This document shows positions 42,101 to 54,100 of a stretch of 64,000 nucleotides of DNA, in pieces. The position numbers were made by a program, and so were the translations under genes. Source of the DNA: Tubulanus polymorphus (taxonomy: Eukaryota; Animalia; Nemertea); contig NC_134030.1 of NCBI RefSeq assembly GCF_964204645.1, positions 22,466,210 to 22,530,209 on the forward strand. The letters run 5' to 3'. Under the pieces are notes generated by a model. That model searched no databases, was not told the DNA's origin, and saw only the letters and a program-made list of their open reading frames with translations. The first letter of the stretch is position 1, and the number at the start of each line of letters is the position of its first letter.

Positions 42101-45100
42101 GAATGGGGTCATGTATGATGATATGCGGATGAACTGTACTTACTTTAACACCTGCACGCTGATAAGCTGAAACTAGGTCACGTTTAAAGTGTTCTAGTTT
42201 ATAATCGTACGTATTCGCGACCGGGCTCGGTATTATATTAAACACCGAGAAACCGCTTAGATTCGCCGATAACTTCACGAGAACAGACGTCGTCCCCGGC
42301 GAGCCCTCCGATACGATGATGTTATGAGCGCCCTCGTGTGGTGACGAGATCGTCCTCGCCAGACGACAAATAACTTTTATAACAACCTGCAACAATAATG
42401 ACAATATTAATCAAACACCCTAGTCACATCGAAACTATCATTGTCCCTTTTGATAGGACCTTTAACCATACACCCCCATGTTTTATGGCGACAATTACAT
42501 CTCTTGTAAGAGTCCCTCAAATCATGTACTCCCATCTACATCTATGGTGACATGAGTTTCATGATTCAGAGATTTTCACAATTCTAAAGCATCCCATACT
42601 TTTATTTTTTACATTTTCACTCTGACCCCGGCTACATCGTGAGGCAGCACTAATCATTTCAAATACATTCAAATTTTGTCAGTTGAACTGACATCATTGT
42701 GTTGATGCGTCGGTAAACTCACGTCGTAAAGCGGTAACTGAATTCTCGGATGAGCTTTATTATATTCTTCGATCGCCTCATAAAGTAACGCTCGCTGCTC
42801 ATTCACGTTCATCAACGCCACGTATTTATCGGTGGTCGTGTCCTCATCGGCGTCGAGACTACGCTGATAGTTGCCGGCGGTGACAATACCACTGTCCTGT
42901 AGTTTCACGCTGCTGAATACTGGCTCGTCGACGCTCGTCAACATCTTTATCTATACAAATATTCAATACCCTTAAAATCATTCTGCATCATCTTAGAAAA
43001 TGTTCATTTGCAAGAAATATACACTAGATAGAACTTAACATATAGAATTCTCATTTGCATAATATATGCACTAGAAATTTACATATAGAATTCTCATTTG
43101 CATAATATATGCACTAGACATTTACATATAGAATTCTCATTTGCATAATATATGCACTAGACATTTACATATAGAATTCTCATTTGCAAGAAATATACAC
43201 TAGATAGAACTTAACATATAGAATTCTCATTTGCATAATATATGCACTAGAAATTTACATATAGAATTCTCATTTGCATAATATATGCACTAGACATTTA
43301 CAATATATGCACTAGACATTTACATATAGAATTCTCATTTCCATAACATATGCAGTAGAAATTTAATAGAATTCTCATTTGCATGATATATGCACCAATT
43401 AATTTGCGTAATATATATGCACTAGATATTTAATTATAAGTGATTCATAATTGTCCCATCATCCAAACATCTTAGAATTTACGCATTAAAACCATGTTAC
43501 ATTGTCCAGGTAATCGAAATCTAATATCAAATTTACATCTATTTTGCATGATTTACAGAGTGGGAATACCAATAATCAGGACTCGATCTATTTTCGTAAT
43601 TCATATACTACAAATCTAAATAAATAAATCTCATTTACATAATCTATGCACTAGAAATCGAACTTGCATTAATGGTACATAAACTACATACAGATATACA
43701 TGCACATGTTTGACAACATGAGCATGTTTACACACACAGATGTTTGACAACATGTACATGTATGACAACATGTACATGTTTACAAATACAGATGTTTGAC
43801 AACATGTACATGTATGACAACATGAACATGTATGATAACATGTAAATGGCCGGTGTTACACATACCTGTTCATCGTCGGTGAATACTTTATGAACCGATC
43901 TATTGAACGTCTGCTCGTAACGTTCAACATCGACCGAATTAATCATCCGACATCCGTACGTCCAGTAACACTCGTGTCGCCATAACAACAATAAATGTTC
44001 CAGATTCGGATTCGGTTGCAGCGACAGGCACAAATTCCTACAAATAATGAATGAATTTACCGTACCACGCAAATGAGCTTTCAGAACGCCTGAACCCACT
44101 TCCATAGTTTTAAGTTAAGATTTGACTGAATTTAAGAGTTTCTGAGTTAACTCCAACTTGATGACTGTGGAACAGTGTCCTGGGGCGCCATCTGGTGGTT
44201 TACATGGGGCTGCAGTTGCTCACAAGTTGGTCGGAGTAAACCAGAGGATAGTTGACAATAATCAGAAGTTCACGGTATCCATCCACTGGACCCAGTTCCA
44301 CAGTTGTGAGTTAGAGTTAACTCTGAACTCTGGACCCAGTTCCACAGTTGTGAGTTAGAGTTAACTCTGAACTCTGGATCCAGTTCCACAGTTGTGAGTT
44401 AGAGCTAACTCTGATTTTAAGTTAGTTCATTTTCGATGAGTTAACTCTGAAGTCAAATCTTAACTCAGAACAGTGGAACTGGCTGCGGGTTATCTTCAAC
44501 CAGCTAAATATTAAGTTTATACATACTGTATGAATTGCTGCCAGAAAATGAACAGATGATCATTATTTACCTGAATATAAGTCCGAGGTGTCTCATATTG
44601 AATATATAATGTACGCGTTGCGCTATCGGTAAATACATCGTACGCAGTCTATGTTGTAATTCTATTGTAGTTTGAATCAGCAGCGATAATGTCGTTTTCA
44701 GGTTCTCCGTCGCCAGTTGACTCAAACGCGTCTGAAATAACGTAGAATCAGTAAACAATCAGACGAAACATTTCAGCTACTCCTACTGTGGCAATCAAGG
44801 ATCCTAAACGGCGCTGTGCGAAGCGTAATGGAGGACTTAAAAGGGATCACTAGGTGGCGCAATTGCCAGATTTGAGATTTTAGACATATTGCAAGCATGG
44901 GAAGAGTCTGGAAATTGTTACAATTCATCAGATATCAGATTTCATTATCTAAGATATGAGATATGAGATTTAAGATATCTGCGAGTACCTTCTCGTCAGG
45001 AACGTGTAACCCGGTCGAGGTGCCGGTAGAACCAGCCGTTACAACATCCTGCGCAACGAAGTGTAGATTCAACAAAGTTCCGAAAATCGTCTGCAGATCG

Positions 45101-48100
45101 TCGTTCCTGAAAACAACAACGAAATCAAACCATCGAAATATTCTAAAGAGAAACCTCTTCATTCAATCAGTTTTTAGTGATTGATGACTAAAATTTGTTA
45201 AATGTTCCTCGAACAGGGCCTAGTTTAATTCAAAATTTGAATTAACTGCCGAGAACAACCGTTTGAATGGGAAACAAATTCCATGGAAAAATATTCATTT
45301 TAAGCGCAAACATGAAATTACGTCCGGTTCCGTTACCTTGGATATGGACAGCCAAGAATTGCAAAGTGTCGTAGCAGACGGGCGCTGAGCTTCGAACGAC
45401 CTTGGGCCAAGGTCGGATTGATGGTGGTAACATAGCAGACGTTTTTGATGTAACGCCAGACGTTTGTTTGAGGGTCGTAGAAACCACCATCGTCGATATG
45501 TTGTCGAACCATTTCAACAGCCGTCTGATCGCCATAACGATCCGTCTGCAATATCAATACGTGTGCATGAGTATAAACATGTACATGTGACCAAACATGT
45601 ACATGTATATAAACATGTACATGTGTATAAACGTGTATATGTGCATAAACATGTAAATGTATATATCTTTAGTTCTAATTTGAATAATTTATGCACAACG
45701 AATTTACATCTACATTTCTCATTTGCATAACTTATGCACTAGAAATTTTACAAGTATTCTACAAGTTCTCTTTGATTTATCTTAGAAATTAGAACTTATT
45801 TGCTTGATTTGTGCACTTAGAATCTACATCTCATTTTCTTATTTGCATGTGCTTTCCTCATCTAAGCGAGGGATTCATTTTGATTGTATCTACTCAATCT
45901 ATATTTCCAGATGAGCAATTTGATGAATTCGTCTGCTGTTGTTACCTTAGCGAGGTTAAGGTCATCTATGACGCACATGAGTCGTTTGTTGCCTTTAGGG
46001 ATGAACGTTCGGCCGTGTTTCCACTCTAAACGTTCATCCAGTCGATCGTACAATAATCTACACGTCAAAAACCTTCAAATACAAAAACATTCATCAAATT
46101 CAATTATAGAATTTTTATCCTGTTTGCATTTGGACTTTTTATTGTTTGCGCAGACATTTTTTGTCCCATTCGCATGAACAACTTTTGTCCTGCATTGACA
46201 TTTTTTATCATTTTTGTGTGGATGTTTTTGTCCAGTTTGCTTGGACATTTTTTGTATTTTTGTCCTGTTTGCTTGGACATTTTCTGTCCTGTAAGACAAC
46301 TTGCGGTTGGATGGTATACTTATCTCCCCCTCGCCCCCTATCAATTCAGCACCACGGTTGCGATAAATACCTGTTAGTGTTGACGGTTAAAGCTAACACC
46401 TCTGCCACCTCGCCGGAGCAGACGGTTCGTATTCGTTCGTTGACGATCGATGACTTGCCGCAGCCTCTTTCTCCGATCAACATCACCGGTTTACCGTAGT
46501 CGGATAACAATCCCAACAGATAACCCAACATCTAAAACACAACATAAAACATACATCATTTTCCGATCTGCGACTAATACCAAACAATTGATGATATTTC
46601 AAAGTTTATTCATTCAGGCAGTTTATTTGTGAGATTCCATGAGAGGCTGGACCCAGTTCTACAGTTATGGACGCAGTGCCACAGTTCTAGATCCAGTTCC
46701 ACTGTTCTGGACCCAGTTCCACAGTTCTGTATCCTGTTCCACAGTTCAGGATCCAGTTCCACAGTTCAGGATCCAGTTCCACAGTTCAGGATCCAGTTCC
46801 ACAGTTCAGGATCCAGTTCCACAGTTCAGGATCCAGTTCCACAGTTCAGGATCCAGTTCCACAGTTCTGAATCCAGTTCCACAGTTCTGGACGCAGTTCC
46901 ACAGATCTGTATCCAGTTCCACAGTTCTGGACCCAGTTCTATGGTTGTAAGTTTAAATTTGACTGTAAGGTTAAAACATTGGAACTTAAACTAATTTCAA
47001 ACCTAACCTAACAACCGCGGAACTGGATCTTGTTCCCAGGGATTGGACAATGTAAGGGTGAAGGTCGGGTTATCAGTAGTTACCTCAAATTCAGGAATAT
47101 GCACATACGCGTCGGGTGGAATTCCTGCGTGAGCTGTAGCTGAATACGTTGGCAAACAATCCGACCACGGAACCAAATCATGAGTATCCGAATCAACCAT
47201 ATAGTCAAACAACTAAAAATTAATTGAAAAATATATTTTCATAAAAAATATATGTAATTTCATCAGGAAAACAATGAAATAATTCTTCGCAAGTTTCCAA
47301 GCAAGTAGAAGAGAAATGAAACTTTGTTATTTGAACGTTAAAAAGATTTGGTGAAAAATTTTTAATCTGAAACTGAAATATACATCAGAAAACGGTTAAA
47401 TTTAGAAATTTGAAAAATTCAATAAAAAAAACTGTTTAATTTGAAAATCGAAAAATTCACCAAAGAACTTCGAAAACCAAAAATTCATTGAAAAACTGTC
47501 AGATTTGAAAATTCAAAAATTCCTCGAAAAACTGTTAAATTTGATATTCGAAAAAATATTCAAGCAAGTACTTACAGTGCCCTCTTGTGGATAATCGTGA
47601 TGTTCACCGAATTCGATTTTCCACCAGTTGCTGAAGATTTCTCGTGATTTTTGGTCGAGAGTCGAGCCAAACGTCCAGACAGCGGCCATGATGAAATATC
47701 CTTCAAAATCGCGATCAGACAATTCCGTGTACGGGCCGACTAATGTCTGCAAAATCAATGAATTCCAAGTCAGGGATATATTATTCAAATTCAAATTTTG
47801 CGACGTTCAGGAAGTAAATATCCATCGAAATCAACAATGAAATCGGTTAAAACTTCATCGATGTGAAATTGAAAAATATAATATCCGATCTAGTGGGATC
47901 TCAACCTTATTACTCAAATTATTACTAGAAACAATTGAAATGTTTAATAATTTACACTACCTCAAGGAAACATTTCTGACACTTTCAATTTTTAGTGTGC
48001 ATGGATTTTATATCATCTTTACGCCACAAACTCAGAATGTTTCATCAATGGTTTTGACGTAAATAAAAAATCTACGAACCTCAAATAAAGTCGTAAAAGT

Positions 48101-51100
48101 GCCGATCAGATTCTCGTCGCTTTGCTCGATCGTACGCGTGAACTGCACCATATCGGACGGAGCGCCACCTAGCAGCGGCGGACGAGTCGATAAACGCAGG
48201 TATTCAAGCGCGCGTTCCACGTAGATGTCGCAGAGACGACGTAGTAATTCCTGCTGTAGCGCGGCGCGCGTCTCCAACCACTGAGCCAGAATCAAACGCC
48301 ATCCGACATCTTCTTTATCCATCATCAACACGCCTACATTCGCCAGTAAAGATGGACTCATATCGGCCAGTGTGTCCAACTAGAATTAGAATACAACAAT
48401 GGTACTTGCAGCACACACCAGATAGCACAACAATGCTCTCAGTTGATTTCAATGAACTTTGAACTGCATTCTCAAGCTCCCGAACCCACAGTTACACAGA
48501 TTCAAAATTTTCCAGGCATTTCCAAGTATAAGCAAATTTCAATTTTTCCAACTCAAAATACAAAACTGATACCTTCATACTACATGTTAATGGTGACTGG
48601 TTGATAAAGGTAATTGCTATAGAAAGAGTAGCTAGTGTAAAATAAAATTCGAGAGATTTGTGTGAATTTCTAACAGATCGAGTCCATTCATACCTCCCAA
48701 AGAAATCGTAAAGTATCGCTACAATTCAGACGTTCGCTGTTGGGAAAGACGATCGCCCCGGTCGATGTAAGAACTGATTCCAATAATTCCATCTGATACG
48801 GGTCGGCCTGTAAATATAATCACATATAATTCATTACAAACACAAACTCATGTACACATAGCCAGCAAGAGTAAGAGACCACTAACATGAACTAAGGGCT
48901 AACATGTTTTAACAACTCACATGTAAATGTTTCATCAACTCACATGTACATGTTTAATTAAGGCACATGTAAATATTCCATTAACTCACATGTACATGTT
49001 TTAACATCTCCCATGTACATGTTTTAACATCTCCCATGTACATGTTTTATTATAACTCACATGTACATGTTTTATAAACTCACCTGTCCGTCGAGTTCGA
49101 TTATTTTCATCACTTGTTTAGTTTGGTATTCATATTTGTGACTAGCGATGGATGGACAGCACGCTTTTCTCAACAACGACGGCAAAACACCGTCCTTCCA
49201 GTCCCTGCGAAAAGACAACACACACTTCAAATCAGCAAATCTCTGTGAGTTAGCATTTAAAAAGCAGAATTAGAAATGATATCATAAGATACCAAAAGTT
49301 TCATGAATTTTACAACCAAAAATCCATACGTTAGTAACATTATTTTTGAAAAATAAATTTCTCTAAAAAAAATTCCTGGGCCGGTTTGATAGTTTGATAG
49401 ACCGGTATTAACTTTAACCCGGGGGGTGGCTAACTGAATTCATTATCAATTTATTTAGCCCCTGGGCTAATGTTGATTCAAGTCTATAAAACTGGGCCCT
49501 GATTTATTATCAAACGAAATCAAAGCGTGTGAAAACAATGAACAAGTGTGGCATATGTTTGGGTACACAACCCAAGTGTTCCTCCATAGCAGGAATCAGT
49601 AAAAGGATTGTGAAATTCTAATAATTTCATATTGTGAGATGAGAGGCAGGTAGCGTAGACTTACTTGGTATCCGGATCCATGTATCCAAACAGATCTTCC
49701 GATTCGACCGCTTTCGTGAAAACGCTTTGAACGCTGACGTTTTTACCGCATTCTTTCTCGGCGAGCGCGAACGTTTTAATCACTTCACTCTTACCGCAGC
49801 CGGGCGGTCCTACCACCAATATCTGATCAACAAACAAACCATTCATTGTACAATTCCAGAAAAAATAATATCCACAGGGATATAAACTGCGAAAGCTGGG
49901 CCACAGTTTTCTTGCAATAATAGTTTGCTCAAGTTTTGGAGCAATAATTAGTTTGCTCCAGGTCAAAGTTAGGGCAAGGCCATAAATTTGGAGCAATGAT
50001 GGTTTTCTCGCATCTGAGCATGCCCCATGAGAGTCAAGAGGCAATTTCCTAAGCAATGATTTACATAACATCCAAATTTGGATTACAGTAAAGCAAACTT
50101 GCACTAAGGATTGGAAAATTCAATAAGACCAGAGGAAATTGGAAATAATTTCGTTATTTCGCGTGATTCAGGTTATAAGAGTTTGACTTGAATGTGAGTT
50201 AACTGTTAACAAACCGTTTGATGAGCTGTATTGAGTTGTGCGAGTTGAGCGACGCGACCTTGAAACGCGACGCCCGGCATCAGATTCAACTCGTTGACAG
50301 CGACAGCGATCGCGTCTTCGATCGAGTTTAATTCCTGTTTCTGGGCGTCGGTATACGCGCTGTACTGCGGTACGTCTGGGGTCACCGATATCACCGGGGT
50401 CGTTAGGTTCAATGATTCTAAAAATAGAAATCAAACTATCGTCCTGTTGGGTTCTGTTGCGAGGGTACAGACAGTTAAGGGTCTTACATGAATAGAAATC
50501 AGTCTGTTTGCTGCGTGGGCTCAGGGTTTCTTAAGATTCTTAAGATGAAAAAATGAACTTGTTTTTAACTCCAGATGCAAAACTGTAGAACTGGATCCAG
50601 AACTGTAGAACTGGATCCAGAACTGTAGAACTGAGTCCAAAAGTGTAGAAATGGATCCAGAACTGTGGAACTGTAGCCCAGAACTGTAGAACTGGATCCA
50701 GAACTGTAGAACTGAGTCCAAAAGTGTAGAACTGGATCCAGAACTGTAGAACTGGATCCAGAACTGTAGAACTGAGTCCAAAAGTGTAGAACTGGATCCA
50801 GAACTGTAGAACTGGATCCAGCCAGAACTGTGCAAGTCTTAGCTTCTTTTTCTTATTGTGTATTTTGTCCTGCTGCCTTATAAGAGTCCTCAATCCAGCC
50901 CCATATATGTATATCATACCTCTGAACGACTGATCGCGACTTTTAAGTTTTGATCTCCGATCCGCCTGCTGCGTACTCGGACGAGATTTCAATCCGGTAT
51001 CCATGACGGCGACAACCTCATCGCTGGTCGTCTGCTCATCGTCGTCTGCTCCGGGGACGGTCATCGGGATGTCGACATCAGGCCAGAAATCTTTCAGTAA

Positions 51101-54100
51101 CGTGGCGAATACGCTGCACTCTCGCACCGCGAGCAGACGCGGGAAAAACGCGTTACGCAACGCTGTCACTAGAGCCTCGCTTTCATTCATTACCGATTCA
51201 GCGATTTCCTCGTCTTAAAAATAGAAACAGTATCGGAGTAGTCCACGTGAAAACACCCTTTAAACTGTGTGATTTGGATATTTGAGGAGCCATCCACTAG
51301 AAAAAGGTATCCCTTCATATATTCATGGAGCCTCCCACTAACGAAAAGGTATCAATCACTTCAGATAATCATGGAACCACCCACCCACTAAAGAAAGGTA
51401 TCCCATCGGACATTCATGGAGCCACCCACTTAACAGAAAGGTACCCGCAGAAGGAGATTTTCAAACACTCCTAGTTTAAGACTTGAAATGTGGCTATGCC
51501 TCTGACAATCAGGAATCGGTTGCTCAAAAGTTGGTCGAAGTTAACTGGTTGACATAGCGACAATTTAAAGTCCATCGATACCATGGCATTCCTCCAACTG
51601 TTATCTTTAACCTATTGTTTAGTAACTTCAACCCCAGTCCAAATTGCCTTGTTTTTTGTGTCGAAAATTGTCGATGAATTTTCTTACCTTTTTCTTGCGT
51701 TTCTTGTTCATGTTTTTCTTCATCAATCTCAGCATTACCTTCGGTTTCCTCGGGGATTGTTTCCTCGAGATCGCACTGTTCGGTGGTTACTACGCAAAGC
51801 GGGAATAATCGTTTAATTTGAAATTCGAATAACCATTGAAATTCAAATTCGAATTACCGTTTAATTTGAAATTTGAAAAAAATGTTGAACTCAGAATTTT
51901 TTTGAATGAAAAATTTATCACAAGTTCAGATTTAGAATAACTGAAATTGACAGCTGTAGAACTTGGGTCCTGAGTTCTCTCGATAATCTTGTTACTCTGG
52001 GTCCTTGTGAATGTTCTCGACGATGGAATTCAACTTACCCGGGCTAGAGTTCGATTTATTGGCGAGCTGATCGAGGATGGCTCCAGCCTCGGCGCAGACG
52101 TACTTAAGTGTTCGCGGACTCCAACCGTGAGACCCGTCGTTAGCATCACATCCTGCAAATTTAGAATTCAGGAAAAATCAAATCGCGAGGAAAATAGATT
52201 TGAAATAGTCACAAACTCAGGTACTGTGAAATTGGATCCAGTTTCACAGTTTTGAGTTAGAATTCAACAATTAACCGAAAGAACTGGTAATTGTAAGTTT
52301 GAAATGAAGGTGATTGTTGTTTTGGAATTTACCTAGTCTGATGTTCTTCGAGATCGGTATATTTGTACCGAGAAGCTGTCGACACAAATCGTAAAGTGTG
52401 ACGAGTTTTTGAGCTAGTTCAAATGCTTGCAGGAAACCTGAAATTGAGACATATTTCATTGAAGTTTCTGGTAGTTAAATATTAACAGGTGGACATGGGT
52501 AGATCGAGGGCACTGCTGGGCTGATATTAATTAACATAATGTACTACAATAGAAAATAGTTAATAAATATGTAAATAATTTAGACTTTAAAACTTGTCCA
52601 GCGAGAGTTAAATTAAAGGTATTTTGAAAATAACGGCCAAAAATATGAAAGCCTGGGGGTGAGGTCTGGTGAGGTCAGCCTACATCAAGTGAGGTCAGGC
52701 GAGGTGGTTGCTGATTTCATACAAACCTTGACTAAGCAGTAAAACCTCTACTAGAAGTCTTAAATCCGGTTTAACGACGGCTACAGTTCGGAACTGACCG
52801 AGTAAAGTCTGCGGCAGCGCGGAGATCACCGAATTAAACGACAGCAGACGATCGGGATCGATCACACGCGCCTCCACGCCGTTATCGATCACCGCGAATA
52901 CCGCGCCACCCGCGACGACGGACGTCTCCTCCGAGAGCAACGTCGCCGTCGATTTCGCCGCGCGTAACGCTCCTAAAACCGACGACATCAACTGAGCGAA
53001 CGCGCTCACGACCGGAGCGGCCATCTTGTCGACGCCGTTGAAACAGACCCAACATCCGGTGGCGGCGAGGCCGCGGAATACGTCTTGTAACGAGAATGTA
53101 TCGACGTTACGGTGACTGTTGAACGTGTAGATCGGTTTACCAAGAGATCGGGCTAGTTCACTGACCAGACACTGTTTATCACATCCCTGAAACACAGAGA
53201 GAAAAAACATATACAACTCATATTACAACATGAATACAGATGATAACTAGAAATGTTGCCTTCATGGGCAAAGACATCGTGAAAAAATTCCCCAAACGCC
53301 CGCATCGGTACTTCGACGCGTGATCGTAAAACTGTATAAGGAGTACGTCCCTTTATAATTACTCTAAAACACACATCGGTTTTATTCATAACTTCAGACA
53401 TTCATCCAACAGGCTTCTCGCGCTATGCTACCACAAGATGGCGTTGGGAGTAACGGTCGGTTTTACTGAAATCAGTTACTACGGCTCCTGGATCCAGTTT
53501 TACAGTAAGTAGTTAAAGTTAACTCTGAACTCAGGATCCAGTTCCACAGTTGTGAGTTAGAGTTTACTGTGAACTCAGGATCTGGTTCCACAGTTGTGAG
53601 CTAGAGTTTAACTCTGAACTCAGGATCCAGTTCCACAGTCTTGTGAGTTTGAGTTAACTTTGAACTCAGGATTCAGTTCCACAGTTGTGAGTTAAGAGTT
53701 AACTGTGAACTCAGGACCCAGTTCCACAGTTGTGAGCTAGAGTTTAACTCTGAACTCAGCATCTAGTTAAACAGTTGTGAGTTAAAGTTTAACTCTGAAC
53801 TCAGGAACCAGTTCCACAGTTGGGAGCTAGAGTTTAACTCTGAACTCAGCATCTAGTTAAACAGTTGTGAGTTAGAGTTTTACTCTGAACTCAGCATCCA
53901 GTTCCACAGTTGTGAGATAGAGTTAACTCTGAGTTAAAAATTAGTTCATTTTCAAAAAGGTAAAGAGTCAAATCTTAACTCACAACTGCGGAACTGGGTC
54001 CTGGTAGATCCTTACTCGCCAGGAGTGGAATTCTTGATTGCTGCTGGAGCACTCCAAGAAGCCCATTGACAATCAACAAGGAAACTCATCTAAATTTTAG

